A stretch of DNA of 64,000 nt from Octopus bimaculoides (GCF_001194135.2 NC_068982.1:120234927-120298926); one strand, 5' to 3'. Positions 39,878 to 54,246 are shown, numbered from the stretch's first letter. Program-made: numbers and translations. Notes: generated by a model not told the origin, from the letters alone.

Positions 39878-41763
39878 ACACACACACACACATATAGGCA
39901 GAAATATATACGTCTCTAAAATGGCAAAAGGCACTATTCAGCACCAGTATTACTAGAAATTAGTCAAAACAACTCAATAGCCACAGAAATAACTATCTTA
40001 ATGACTGCCAAGGGAGGCAAGCTTCCTCTAGCAGTAGACATAGCCAGATCAACGATGATTCCCCATTTTAATGCTTGCTCATTTTAATGCTCATTAGAGA
40101 CTCTCACCGCGCCTGGGGTTAAACTCCTCTCGCTTTGTAAGCTTATAAGATTTCCGTTGAAATTACACGCTGATTTCATAAACGGCGAAAGTGAAAATTA
40201 TAAATGATAATATGGGTGGCTAATTCCCTTGTCAGTCATTATGATAGGGCTTTCCGTACCCATTGAGTTGTTTTAACTCTTATAGCAATTCTGGCGTTGC
40301 TTAATGCTATAAGTCATTTTTGTGACGTATATCTTTCTACCTTTAGCTTGTAAGATTGCCACCCATATTATTTACTATGTATGTGTGTGGGTGTGTGTGT
40401 GTATGCGTGCGTGTGTGCGCGCGCACGTGCGTGTGTGTACAATTCGCAGTATAATATATAATAACAATTGTTTGTGAATAAGATGACGTAGCTGAACAAT
40501 TTATTCCCTTAAAATTTGGTTAGTTTTTTGTTCCAATCAGAGTCCAATCTTGCACATAAATCACTGATTCTCCTGACACTACTTCAGTATTTACTGATAC
40601 TATCATAGTGCAACCAAAACATATCCAGAATTATCTCACATACTAGCCGACATAATTCAAATATTAACCAATAACTAATATTGCTTTTCATTCCACGCAT
40701 GGTTCTTCCTGGTGAGGTTTTTAATGCTTATTGTACTAGATGTGTGTGTGTTTTTAATGCCTATTATACACGGAGTGCACGTGCGTGCGTGTGTGTGGGG
40801 GGGTGTATGAATGTGTGCACAGAGAAAGAGAGAGTGTGGAAGAAAAGAGAGGGGTAGTAAAACACAATTTAAGCAAGTTATCATTGGTTGAAGCGGCCAG
40901 GTAAAATTTTGCTGACGTTACTAACTGACTTTACCTCAATGTAAGGATGGGAACACACTACTTTCATCCGCTGTTGGCGAATAGAGGCCACTCTTCATTT
41001 ATTTAATAGCATTTATTTGTTGGTAATATGACTGCAGAGCGTTTTCCTGATAACAGTTCTCCGAAAGAACCAGTCTTCGGCGTGCGTAAGGAAAGAGAAA
41101 TACTATTTCAGATCACATGTTCGACTATGTTGCTAGATGTTTTAATATATGTAATTTCTTAGTGAAACATAATTTCCAGTCTTTTATTATCTTTTTGATT
41201 GGGATAGCTGTGTTGACAATATTCCTTTTTATAAAAACATGTGCAGTTCTGCAGTCGTCGCTTTCAGTACGAACTGGGAGGGAAAAATTGGTTTCTCTCC
41301 AAGTTCAATATATTGCTTACATGATTTGATTTTAATGTTTACAATGAGTTCCGTGTAGTTTCTCTCGATAGCATTTTGGCTGTTATGGTCACCTCACGTG
41401 TCACCAACTTAGAGTGAGGTAATGATTGAAATTTCTGCTTGAAATAAATATAATATAAATGCACGCACACACATATAGAAATGTGTGTATGCATATATAC
41501 ATATGAGTGTGTGTGTACATATATGTGTGCTTGTGAACGTACATATATGTGTGTGTGTGCGTAAGTGTGTGTGAGTGTGTTTTTATGTTCAGTTGTTATA
41601 ATAAAGACAATTTTACATTAATCTGATGGGTAACTCTATAACTTTGGAGAGAACCAATTTATTAATCTTATACAAGATTGTTGTTGACAGTGACTCCGAC
41701 GATGGCTTTGCAGGCCGGAATATCGAAGTCACTGACAACAACGTTCTTGTATAAGAATAATAA

Positions 41764-41829
<66 letters not shown>

Positions 41830-42789
41830 NNNNNNNNNNNNNNNNNNNNNNNNNNNNNNNNNNNNNNNNNNNNNNNNNNNNNNNNNNNNNNNNNNNNNNN
41901 NNNNNNNNNNNNNNNNNNNNNNNNNNNNNNNNNNNNNNNNNNNNNNNNNNNNNNNNNNNNNNNNNNNNNNNNNNNNNNNNNNNNNNNNNNNNNNNNNNNN
42001 NNNNNNNNNNNNNNNNNNNNNNNNNNNNNNNNNNNNNNNNNNNNNNNNNNNNNNNNNNNNNNNNNNNNNNNNNNNNNNNNNNNNNNNNNNNNNNNNNNNN
42101 NNNNNNNNNNNNNNNNNNNNNNNNNNNNNNNNNNNNNNNNNNNNNNNNNNNNNNNNNNNNNNNNNNNNNNNNNNNNNNNNNNNNNNNNNNNNNNNNNNNN
42201 NNNNNNNNNNNNNNNNNNNNNNNNNNNNNNNNNNNNNNNNNNNNNNNNNNNNNNNNNNNNNNNNNNNNNNNNNNNNNNNNNNNNNNNNNNNNNNNNNNNN
42301 NNNNNNNNNNNNNNNNNNNNNNNNNNNNNNNNNNNNNNNNNNNNNNNNNNNNNNNNNNNNNNNNNNNNNNNNNNNNNNNNNNNNNNNNNNNNNNNNNNNN
42401 NNNNNNNNNNNNNNNNNNNNNNNNNNNNNNNNNNNNNNNNNNNNNNNNNNNNNNNNNNNNNNNNNNNNNNNNNNNNNNNNNNNNNNNNNNNNNNNNNNNN
42501 NNNNNNNNNNNNNNNNNNNNNNNNNNNNNNNNNNNNNNNNNNNNNNNNNNNNNNNNNNNNNNNNNNNNNNNNNNNNNNNNNNNNNNNNNNNNNNNNNNNN
42601 NNNNNNNNNNNNNNNNNNNNNNNNNNNNNNNNNNNNNNNNNNNNNNNNNNNNNNNNNNNNNNNNNNNNNNNNNNNNNNNNNNNNNNNNNNNNNNNNNNNN
42701 NTAAATAGGGACCTTTAATTTTCAAAATTTCTGATCTAAGCGTCTTAGTGCTTTCAGCGGTGTAGAATTTACAAAGTAATTATTCTTTT

Positions 42790-43726
42790 TCATTCCAGGT
42801 ACCATTATATTAAACATTTGCGAAGAGTAACCATGCCATGCACAAAAAGTTCAGCAGAACTGTCAGATTATCAAAGAGGTCGTATTGTTGGGCAATCTGA
42901 GGCTGGTCTTAGCCAGCGAAAAATTGCCAAAAATCTTCAAATTTCTCTTGCTACTGTTAATAGAATTATAGTGCAATTCAAAAGCCAAGGAAAAGAATAA
43001 AACAAATTCTCGTCTCGGCCGACCTGGGCCCTGGGAAAGGAAGCTTCGTTGTTTGAAGAGAATTGTGGAAAACGAACCCAGTTCGAAGGCTTCTGACATT
43101 GCAAAACAGCTAGTCCAAGAACGTGTGTTACATATCTGCATAAGCTTGGGTATTATGGACGAGCAACTGGAAGAAAACCTCTCCTTCGAGCAATTAATCT
43201 CATGAAAATAAAGAAATGGGCTAAGAAGATGTCTGAAAAATCCATTTCATTTTGGGATAGAGTGATTTTCTCGGATGAATCTAGATTTGCATTATTTTCA
43301 GAGAGTAGACGTGTTTGGGTCTGGAGAACATTTACGGACAACTGTTTCAAAACTTAGAAATAAGTTATAAATTCACATTTATGCCTAAACGATCATACAT
43401 TCTCATTTACAATTATTAGTATTCCTGATCATGGCTGTTATGAAATGTCTAAGTGGTAATTTCGTAAAACTGGAATTTTCAAAAAAAGATAGCGGCCAAC
43501 AAACACGTTCTTTATATAATAAATACACTTAGTAAGGAAAAGTGAAAAATTATGCAAGATTTTTCTGAATTTCCCCTTGTAATTCTTTGCCATTCTAAGT
43601 GACACAGTTATATTCCAGGAATTGGGCTTTGTTGGTAAGAAACTAGTTGCTTTTTTATAGAAATAATTCAAATAATTTAACAAGAAATATCACATCCATT
43701 AATCCACTTTTGCCCACTTCTGTGTA
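42790..43726 (+). mobile_element. Tc1 transposon remnant
   Basis: [20 protein letters not shown]...ATVNRII...GYYGRATGRKPLL...WDRVIFSDESRF, with TIR-like TTTTGCCCACTTCTGTG-TA at ~43708-43726. Confidence 0.85.
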
Positions 43727-44182
43727 TCATACCCTACAGTTGATTACCATATCTAGAACATTCTTAAAATGTAAAAGATGAGTGGTTGCGCAAAGACGAC
43801 GAAAATAGCAAACTAATATTTTTCATTAAATTTTTTTCTCGTGTTTTCTTTATAACCTTTCTTTTGAGCGAGCTTACAGATAAAATAAAACCTGAAATTG
43901 TTATCAGCAAGGGAACAAAGAAGTATACTAAAAGTCTATAAAATCACCTCTGAAATCTTGATTTTCAGGAAAAGAGACAGACCATTTTACTCGTATTAGG
44001 TAAATGTACTTTTAAGCGGAAATTTTAAAAAATGCAAGATTATTTCTAACATTTGCCGTGTACTTCTTGACTGTTTCGTCTATATTCCAACTATAGAGGT
44101 TTGCCTTTTCAATAACGGACTAATTCATTCATATATGTCAAAGAACTGAAATAGCAGTGCATACTGCGGATGATTCATACAG

Positions 44183-44245
<63 letters not shown>

Positions 44246-44574
44246 CAGACAGACAGATATATAGATATAGATATATACATTCGCAAATGCATATGTGCAT
44301 AGATTACATACATATACTAATATATGCAAGTATATGTATATGTGTAAATTCATACTTGGGAGACTAACAAACAAAAGGTAATTATTTTACCAAACATAAC
44401 TGTTTTGCTTCAGTGCATTCAATAGATCTAATTGCAACTTAAAATAAATACTCCTTAACAGTAGAATGCAATAAATTTAGCATTCATGATTTCCGTCTTT
44501 AATATCTACATTTAAATTTATCCTCCTGAGTCACTTAACTTAGATTTAAATTTCCGCACCATTTTGCAGGTGTT

Positions 44575-44659
44575 ATGGTAATGGGTGCCAAGAAAATGTC
44601 TACCATTGTTTCCATGGTAATTTTCGCAAGCTGGTTTCTCTGCAACAAGTTTATTGATG
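44575..44659 (+). CDS. Coding exon 1 of an RXFP/Lgr3-like receptor: signal peptide MVMGAKKMSTIVSMVIFASWFLCNKFID
   Basis: Acceptor TTTTGCAG| (exon starts 44570), ATG in GTTATGG context, a basic-then-hydrophobic peptide, and phase-1 donor G|GTAAGT at 44660. Confidence 0.8.
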
Positions 44660-44900
44660 GTAAGTTAGCATGAAAATAGTGATAGTCCACTAAATGTGAT
44701 GTTTATATGTATGTAATATTATAGAGACTGTCTTAATGTACGTACTGTCTTTATGTGCATGTGTGTATATGTTTTTACATCAAATCACAGCAAACTACTT
44801 TTATCGAAGATTGCATAGTTTGTTCAGTGTTTTTTCCCTAATGATTAATTTAATAGCATACATAGCTCAATGACAATACTGTCAATATATATATATATAA

Positions 44901-44941
<41 letters not shown>

Positions 44942-45770
44942 NNNNNNNNNNNNNNNNNNNNNNNNNNNNNNNNNNNNNNNNNNNNNNNNNNNNNNNNNNN
45001 NNNNNNNNNNNNNNNNNNNNNNNNNNNNNNNNNNNNNNNNNNNNNNNNNNNNNNNNNNNNNNNNNNNNNNNNNNNNNNNNNNNNNNNNNNNNNNNNNNNN
45101 NNNNNNNNNNNNNNNNNNNNNNNNNNNNNNNNNNNNNNNNNNNNNNNNNNNNNNNNNNNNNNNNNNNNNNNNNNNNNNNNNNNNNNNNNNNNNNNNNNNN
45201 NNNNNNNNNNNNNNNNNNNNNNNNNNNNNNNNNNNNNNNNNNNNNNNNNNNNNNNNNNNNNNNNNNNNNNNNNNNNNNNNNNNNNNNNNNNNNNNNNNNN
45301 NNNNNNNNNNNNNNNNNNNNNNNNNNNNNNNNNNNNNNNNNNNNNNNNNNNNNNNNNNNNNNNNNNNNNNNNNNNNNNNNNNNNNNNNNNNNNNNNNNNN
45401 NNNNNNNNNNNNNNNNNNNNNNNNNNNNNNNNNNNNNNNNNNNNNNNNNNNNNNNNNNNNNNNNNNNNNNNNNNNNNNNNNNNNNNNNNNNNNNNNNNNN
45501 NNNNNNNNNNNNNNNNNNNNNNNNNNNNNNNNNNNNNNNNNNNNNNNNNNNNNNNNNNNNNNNNNNNNNNNNNNNNNNNNNNNNNNNNNNNNNNNNNNNN
45601 NNNNNNNNNNNNNNNNNNNNNNNNNNNNNNNNNNNNNNNNNNNNNNNNNNNNNNNNNNNNNNNNNNNNNNNNNNNNNNNNNNNNNNNNNNNNNNNNNNNN
45701 NNNNNNNNNNNNNNNNNNNNNNNNNNNNNNNNNNNNNNNNNNNNNNNNNNNNNNNNNNNNNNNNNNNNNN

Positions 45771-46140
45771 TTTATTTTATTATAAATACAAAACAACACC
45801 ACAAGCACCTCCTGAGATTCGTTTTCCATACAGTTTGTGCGATTCTTTGTTTACTCATCTACGGTACACTATGTATTTTCTTTTAATATATTTTAATTAA
45901 TGTGTCATAAATGCAGTACTGTACTGTATTTTTATTTATTAATTTATTAATTTTTAGGCTTGAAAATGCTTATTTTACCACAGAAATGATAAAAAGCTGA
46001 AAAAGCATAAATATCCATCGGCCGCAGAAACCTGCGATATACCGAGGAATCCACGATATAAATTTACATATATTAGCCAGAAAAATCTGCGATGTGCTGA
46101 GAGTGCGATAGGCGAACCGCGATATAGCAAGTGATTAATG
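45771..46140. mobile_element. Tigger/pogo-like MITE, right part
   Basis: Terminal CCGCGATATAGCAAGTGATTAATG-TA resembling pogo/Tigger TIRs; the left end is in a gap. Confidence 0.55.
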
Positions 46141-47541
46141 TACATATGAAAGGAACGAAATATATCTCACTTTGTACGACTTTTAGAATATATTCTGTGT
46201 TTAGTGCCAAAAGTCTTACTGATGTCAGATATACTGTGCTCCATACCAAATCAATTTTGACAATTAAATTGAAAAGAAACACTTAAAAGGGGCTGGAATT
46301 TTACATACAAATAAATTTGACTGTCACATATCGACTATGGTGAGTTGGAAAATGTCATTCAATTAGCTTTATCTTAACAGTTAGAAGAGAAAAACTTCTA
46401 AATCTAAAATCAGAAAGTAAGTGGAATAACTTTAATAAGATTTGCTCGTCAAAGTTTATGGAAACATTAGACAATGAAGATCAAAATTAATCTGAAAAGC
46501 TACCCAGAGAAAGCATGTATATGTTTTCTCTTATTGAAACTCTCTGAAGTTAAATAAAACAATGACAAAAATAAAAGAAATCACTACATATGAAATACAA
46601 AGAGCATAGAGTGACAGTAATCATCAGTAATAATTTGATCATCAGTCTACGCACTAAATCACTCATAATGTTGATAATCTGCACACTGAACAAACATAGA
46701 GTAGATGTCGCACAATTTGAACAATGGTAGTGTCTTTAGGTTCTTCGCGGCTCGTTTTCAAGTCAAAATGTCTGCAATCTCGGGTTAGAATTGATTATAT
46801 CACATAAACCTTTATATTCATTCAACGTTTAGTCCTTATCTATGAAATCATTGTCAGTTGTGGACGTTTATAAGCTTTACGCTACTGTTTTTGTCTCTCT
46901 ATATTCATGGATTGCGCTGCTACTCTTAATTTTCTTGCAAACTGATGAGATGCAATGACATATTTGATGTGTTTCCTGAAGATGAAACTCAAACATATTG
47001 AGTAACCACACTCCTGAGCATTGTGCTGTGCACTGGGTTAAAGCGTTTGTCCAGTCACTTACTCATGTTTACCTATATCTTCACTACCTTGCCACACCAC
47101 CTTTATTTACCGCATAGATGGCAGCAATACACTGTTTCTAAGCATAGCTAATTATTCCAACGCTACAGCTATATCCCAAATTTCTGGTTCCAAAATAATA
47201 GGCTTGAAGTAGTAACTGTCAAATCCACTTCTTTCTTACAAGCAACACCAGAGAACACCAGACACAGTAACAACAATAGCCATCTCCCTTTGTTATTGGC
47301 AGCGCCAGAAAATATCGAATATCACCACCACCCCATCACATTCAACAGCGTAAACATATCTCATTAACAGAAGATAAAAGCACTAAATATTCTTATTACA
47401 TACCACTCCTTCCTCTAAAGTATCCATAGCACGTATATGTGGCATTGTTAATAAATCGAAAAGATGCGCTTACTTACAGCACTCATTTGTACCAGATTTG
47501 GGCGACAGAAGGATACAATAACGGTGTACAAACTACACGTT

Positions 47542-47909
47542 CAGGGGTTCTCAACCTTTCTTGTTTTATCTACGGACCCCTTTGATTACTATCTTATTCT
47601 AGTGAACCCCTTTGAATACTATCTTATTCTAGTGGACCCCTATATCCATTCGATGTTTAAAGATTTGTCTAATAGAAACTTCTTTCAAAACTCCTGTTTT
47701 TGTTTTTCACACTCGTGAAGGTTCAACTATGTAAAATGTTATAAAAAGAAACTTAGCTATTTCTTGCAATACATACATCTAAAGCAAAACTTTTCAGAGG
47801 CCCTTAAAATACTATTCGGGATCTCCAATTTACTGTTTAGTTATGTGGACCCCATAAGATCTTATATGGACCCCCCAGGAGCCATATGGACATCAGTTGA
47901 GAGCTACTG
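47542..47909. mobile_element. hAT (Charlie-like) MITE
   Basis: Starts CAGGGGTTCTCAACC and ends in a degenerate complement AGTTGAGAGCTACTG; internal ~30-bp tandem duplication; no TSD seen. Confidence 0.6.
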
Positions 47910-48229
47910 CGTCAGATCTTTCAAGGATTATGCGAGCCTTGTTTAGGCCTCCAATGTTTCCGCCAGAAGTCACAATAAATTTCAAAACTAAATGTATTTA
48001 CAATGTCGGAAAAAGTACCTTGCAATACTTATTTCAGATCTGAATTTAAATTTCGTGGAGATCAGCTTTACTTTTCATTCTTCTGGGGCTCGTAAACTAA
48101 AATGTCAGTCTAGCGTTCTAACATAAATATGTATATGTATATATATATATATNNNNNNNNNNNNNNNNNNNNNNNNNNNNNNNNNNNNNNNNNNNNNNNN
48201 NNNNNNNNNNNNNNNNNNNNNNNNNNNNN

Positions 48230-48445
48230 TGTGTGTGTGTGTGTGTGTGTTTGTGCGTCTGTGTTTGTTCCCCCCAACATCGCTTGACAACCGATGCTGG
48301 TGTGTTTACGTCCCCATAACTTAGCGTTTCGGCAAAAGAGACTGATAGAAAAGTACTAGGCCTACAAAGAATAAGTCCTGGGGTCGATTTGCTCGACTAA
48401 AGGTGGTGCTCCAGCATGGCCACAGTCAAATGACTGAAACACGTT
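48230..48445 (+). mobile_element. SINE family B, 3' half
   Basis: CCCCCAACATCGCTTGACAACCGATGCTGG...ATGACTGAAAC. Confidence 0.85.
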
Positions 48446-48834
48446 AAACAGTTAAACAGTATAAACCTTGTGCTTCTGTTAAAAAAAACAAAATATGACC
48501 TCTCATACTGGGCTCGTTTTCCTGATACTTGGTATCAATGTTCCTACTAGGCCTCTACTTGACTCATTTTCAATATCTGCTCTCATAAGTCAGTCATTCT
48601 ACAAATCTATCATTTATTTGACTTATTCTCGAGGTTTCTTCGTACACTTGATTTATGTTTAAATATCTTGACTTATTCTCGATATCTACCCTGAGACTGC
48701 ATTCATTCTCTCAATCTTTCCTCTACATTCATTATATCAATATCAGCCATCGTACCCGATTCGGCATCAGTAACTGTTTTCTATTTCATTTATTCTTAAT
48801 ATGATTTTGCTACTGCATTTGCAGTTGTTACTGG

Positions 48835-48857
48835 AGTTGCTGCTGTTGCTGTATTTG

Positions 48858-48904
<47 letters not shown>

Positions 48905-48922
48905 ACTGCTGTTGTTGTTGTT
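48835..48922. repeat. (CTG)n/(TTG)n trinucleotide repeat, intronic
   Basis: Direct inspection. Confidence 0.95.
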
Positions 48923-50063
48923 TAGCTCAGGTCACTTTTGTCCACCGTTCCAACCAAAGTCCTTTTAGAGATTGAGCTATATATATATTGCCTAGTGTGT
49001 TCTTCCAATTTCGAGACGAGTGCAGTTTGAAGAAAACTGTACTCATATTCCTAGCAGACTCAGTGAAGCACTTAAATATTCATCTGATGTGTTTACTCAA
49101 TTATTGAGCATCTTTGGTACATTTTGAACTAATCTGAAGAACTTTACAAAGTGATCAATCAATGAACAGTATTTTCAGTTGCTAAAGACGCATCGGTTCT
49201 AGAATATTTTAAGTGTTTCGTTGTTTCAAATGAGCAGAGCCTCTAGGGTGACTGTTCTTTTCTGTTTTTTCACATGTAGCAACAGGTAGTCTCTACGTGG
49301 TTACTTTACCTGCTCAATCTCCCACAAATTGCAACATACTGTCCAAGGGAAGAATGTATTGGCTTAAATAGCCTGTTATACTATCTCATTTGAAGTTTAC
49401 ATGATCACAGCTGGAATTTCTATATGCATAAGTTTGCTTAAACAGAGCTAACCAGAGGTTAAATAACCACAACAAGTAAAATATTAATATGAAAGTATTT
49501 GCTCGTAATATCCTCTAATTAATTCTATTCACATGCCAAATATAAACTATATTGACATGATCTTGAAGCCGTCTTATTTCACTTGGATTGCTAACGGACA
49601 AGAGAGAGACATCAGCAATATACAACTATATTTCTTGATCTTGAGAGAAGAAGAAATAATGTTCTAGGATTGACTCTTTGTTTAAAAGAGAGGAAGCATG
49701 TTTTTTGCCAATGCGTGTGTAGGGCCTAATACATTGATTGAAAAAATTACTTTTCCCTTAGATGAAAAAAGTCAGTCTCAAAACATCTGACTCCGTTTTT
49801 CCACGTCATACAAACTTATACAAAAACAGGAATTTCACTTTATAGTTTTACCGATGCAGACAACTAGCACCGGTTTCGTTTGCCATGTTTGTTACATTTT
49901 TTTGCTCGCTAAAACTCTGCCATTTAGGTATTTCTTGCCTTCGACAATCATACCAAATTAAGGATAACTAATCTTGCACAGTATTATAACCATTACCAAT
50001 TCGTCTATGGGAATTGTTGTTGTTGAGCCCAGGTCAGCCCTAATTGAGCTTAATCAAAACACG

Positions 50064-50124
<61 letters not shown>

Positions 50125-50134
<10 letters not shown>

Positions 50135-50320
50135 GGGAGAATTTACGAAAAAAAACAACAGACGAAAACAGGTGGTGTAAACAACAAATGGATGTATTAG
50201 TTTAACGCTCGGGAATAGAGAAAGTCTTTGACGTTTCGAGCCTACGCTCTTCAACTGAAAGGAACACAGAAAGAAATAAGGAGAGAAACAAGGAGAAAAA
50301 AAATATAAATGTAGTGGTCA
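50125..50320 (-). mobile_element. Penelope-like terminal fragment (family P1) with a hammerhead-like motif
   Basis: Minus strand 50261-50226: cttt-CAGTTGA-A-GAGC-GTAG-GCTC-GAAAC-GTC-aaag. Confidence 0.6.
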
Positions 50321-50359
50321 GCGCACACATATTGTAGAGTCAGGTGTAGAGCTACTATA

Positions 50360-53300
50360 TAGGGTGACCAAAAAAACGGAAACTTTTGAAATACCCAAAA
50401 ACTAGGAAAAATCCAAATCCAGCAAAGAGATTTAATTGACAGAAAGCAAGCAATTTGCTTTTAATAATACTGGTCAGCAAAATTCGACTTTTTGCTGTCC
50501 CATAAACTAAATAAAGTGAACTTTATAGTACTGTTAACACAGATTTCGAATCTGTCTTCAGAATTTTTCTATCATGCATGGTTTTTATGTGACAGAGTAA
50601 TTAAATTATACAATAAATATACTATATTAATTCAGAAATAAGGCTGACATATTTAGTCAACAGAATTAATGAAACATTCTGTCCCACAAACCAAAGTAGG
50701 TGAACTTAATAGCATTTTATCTGCAGAATTTAACTGTGTTTTTAGATTTTTTCTATAAGTCATAGTTTTTTCTGTGACGGCATATGTAAATTGCTAAGTA
50801 ATTGTATTTCATTAATTCAAAAATCAGGCTATTAGGAGGAAACTTACCTTTAAAACGCAGAGGCATATGATTTTCGACTGTGTTTAGCTTCCTAAACGTC
50901 CCTTTTTAGTGACCAACAGTAATCATCCAACATAGAAGAGCTCCGCTTTCCTTGGTGCCGGGTTTTCATGTTCAGAATGTCCTGGTGAAATCTCTCACCG
51001 TATTCGTCAGTGACAGGCCCAAGATTTGCAGAAAAACGTCCAAGTGAGAGTTCAAGAAGTGAACTTTTAGGCTCATATCGCATTCCAAGGCCTTGTACGA
51101 TGTCAGTAGCTCTTTCACAATGTCAGACTATTTCTCTGCTCTGTGATTCCTCCAAAACTCTCTGCAAGCTTTCTTATATGACAACCACGCAGCTTTTTCA
51201 ATATCATTGAGCTCTTCATCAAACTTTTGGTCCCTCATCAGCTGCCTAATCTGTGGCCCAACAAAAATACCTTCTTTGGTTTTTGCGTCACTTACTCTTG
51301 GAAATTTTGTTTTCAAATACGTGAATACCTTGCCAGTTCTATCCATACTTTTGGCGAAATTCTTCGTCAACCCTAGCTTAATACGCAAAGGAGGTAGATA
51401 AATTTTCTCAGAATCAACAAGGGGAGGAGTGATGACATTCTTCTGTTCAGGAGTCAGAGATCGTTCCGGCAACACATTCTTTTCATAATGATTTTTCTTA
51501 TCCCGACTTTCCCACTCGTAAAGAAATCAGCAAAACTTGGTGTAACCCAGCTGCATTCCAAGTAAAAGTGCAACAACCTTTAAGGTCGCCACAAATATTC
51601 CACTTATCTTCCTCATATTTAAATTTTTGCAGCAGAAGCTTCATACTCTCATATGTTTCCTTCATGTTATCTACATGGGCCAAAGGAACAGAAGGAAACT
51701 TATTTCCATTGTGGAGTAAGACTGCTTACAAGTTTATTTTTGAGGATTCAATAAACAAACGTCACTCATTCGTGCTATATTTGTAGTTAAGTTCCTCCAT
51801 AACAGAATACACATCATTACAAAGCATCACACTGCCAAGCACAATAAAAACTAAATTTGGTCTTTTTCTGGAGAAGATTCCAGCCCTTTATCCCGGAACC
51901 AAAAAGTTTAGCTTACTTTTTCGACAAGTTTAAATCCCGCACAAGATCATTCAGATCTCTCTGACTCAACTAATGCGGTTCACTTGAAGAACAGTTAGGC
52001 TCAAAGTCCATGTCTTCTGTTTCTTTCTCCACATCGTCACCACTTGACTCGTCACTAAGTGTCATTTGTTTTGGAGGTTCAGGTACAAGTAAGTGTTGAC
52101 TGTGAAGGACTGGTCTCATAGCAGATTGGAAATTAAGATATTCGTCATGCAGAAGTAGCAATCTGAAGTGTGATTTTCTATGCTCTCTCCAAATCATAAT
52201 GATGCCAAAAGGCATATGGCGTGAACCTTTGGCCCATGCAGTGAGAAGCTTGACACAGGTTACACAACACGCATGAGGGACCCAGCTTTTATACAGTTCA
52301 CCCACTTTGCAGTCAAAATAATGCCCATAGCACTTTTTAATCAATGGCGTGAAATGTCATCTTTGTGACTTGAATGGTAAGTCACCGCAGATATAGCAAA
52401 AGTTGTTTGCAATATTTATAGTTTCTTGGCATTATGAAGGTGAATGGAATATGTGAAGTTAGTACACAACCGCACGCCTACACTTCAAGCACAGTACTGA
52501 CAAAGCATCGGTGACTCATCGACACAATGTTGCCAAGCTTCGGTGACTCTTTGACTCAGATAGCTAGATATATGATTTTATTCGGTTAATTCTATTCATA
52601 AACATTTAAATTATGAGTGTTTCTTAAACCGTTAGCTTCATACTGCAACGGCTTTACTGAAATTTAGCCCACGTAACAGGAACTAAGATGGACATCGTGA
52701 AACAGAGGAACTGTGGGTTGTACAGACAATTTGACATCATTTTTTGATTCTGAATGCAAAAACATATAAGATACAGGTATTCTTTCCTTGGGACAAATTC
52801 TTTGTTGACCAGCTTAATCAATAATCTAAAGTATTAATGACTGAAAATTACGTCCTGTAGATGGCGTCCTCTTCTACAAATGCACTCTGCCACTCTGCCG
52901 TTGAGTTTCCTCATTGCTTCGTGCAACATTTCAGTTGGTATACCACGAATTTCGTCTTGAATTCTTTGTTTCAGTTCATCCAGTGTCCTTAGCTGAACCG
53001 TGTAGACCCGACTCTTAAGGTAGGCCCATAGGAAAAACTTACAAACGGACAAGTCCTGTTATCTTGGAAGCCACTGAATGTCACCGAATCTTGAGATAAC
53101 ACGGTTACTGAACAAACCTTGTACAGCTGCCATTGATTGCCTTGCAGCGTACCAAGTCGCACCATCGTTATGTTGCGGAAAATTGTTCAATGCAGATGCA
53201 ACAAAATATTGAAGCATCTCAACATATTGATCCAAAGTGATAGTAGTTGTGGCCCCCTCGTCATTTTCAAACAAATAAGGTCTGATGACCCCGTGTGACG

Positions 53301-54030
53301 AAACTGCACACCATACCGTCAACTTGCCGCTGTGTAAAGAGCGTTCATGAAGTTGTTTAGGGTTGCTACCTGACCAGTAACAATAGTTCTGTTTGTTTAC
53401 TTAACATGTGAGATGAAAATGAGCCCCATCTGACATCCACTGCGTGTCCAGAAATTCATTGTTTTCGTTTATGTTTCCCATAATTTTTTGACAGAACTCT
53501 AGTTGCCATTGGTGACCATTCTCCTTCAGTTCTTGCACGATCTGCAGCTTATACAGATGAAATTTGAAGGCAAAATGGAGAATTCAGCAAATACTCTCTC
53601 GAGACAACCTTACTGCAGCTGTTTGCTTACAAGCTGAACAACTTGGGCTCTGTAAGACCGAAACGTGTAGAGCTTCGATTTTCTGTGGAGTACGAACACT
53701 TCTTGGTCGTCCTGTCGGTTTCATTTTCTGAACCAACCCAGTCTCCTCAAAGATTTCAATCCACGTTTTTATCGCGTCTTTCGAGGGCACTTAACCATGA
53801 CGACCTAAATTGAGATGACGTTGGAACTCACGCTGTGCACCTTCCAAATTATCGTTGTTTTTGTAATGCATTTTTATGGCAAAAACACGCTGTTGACCGT
53901 TCCACTGATCCATGATTACTAAACTGCAAGGTTGTTTCTGCATGATGCTTACTGTACCGCAGTGCTGCCAAATGTACAGTACTAAATAGTTGCCACTAGG
54001 TATTTCAAATGTTACCGTTTTATTCGTTTA
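50360..54030 (-). mobile_element. rosa-like (DD41D) IS630-Tc1-mariner element, full length but decayed and interrupted by Chapaev3
   Basis: CDS 53913 to 52834 with stops (MDQWNGQQRV...DGATW...WLPR*QDLSVCKFFLWAY), 41 residues between the second and third catalytic positions. TIR segments 50373-50395 and 53999-54021 match 21/23. Confidence 0.75.
50468..52814 (-). mobile_element. Chapaev3-like (CMC superfamily) DNA transposon, near full length, frameshifted
   Basis: CDS ~52432 to 50892: FCYICG...KSWVPHACCVTC...IWREH, WNICGDLK, LPPLRIKLGL, KEGIFVGPQIR and TDEYGERFHQD. Termini resemble CACTG (TACTGGTCAGCAAA / TTTGTTGACCAGCT), with TAA on both sides (50465-50467, 52815-52817). Confidence 0.75.
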
Positions 54031-54240
54031 ATATCTTTACTTGTTTCAGTCACATGACTGTGGCCATGCTGGTGCACTGCCTTATAGATTTTAGTCGAAA
54101 AAATCGACCCCAGGACTTATTCTTTGTAAGCCTAGTACTTATTTTATCGATATCTTTTGCCGAATCGCTAAGTTACGCGACATAAACACACCAGCATTGG
54201 TTGTCAAGCGATAGTTGATGGACGAACATACACACACAAA
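54031..54240 (-). mobile_element. SINE family B, 3' half, abutting the rosa TIR
   Basis: Reverse complement of the family B tail. Confidence 0.85.
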
Positions 54241-54246
54241 TATACA

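Noticed and set aside
47108-47210. Possible extra exon after CCGCATAG
   Set aside because: The phase-1 frame hits TAG, and there is no good donor.
48835-48922. CAG/CTG repeat as polyQ or polyA coding sequence
   Set aside because: Intronic, with no flanking ORF or splice sites.
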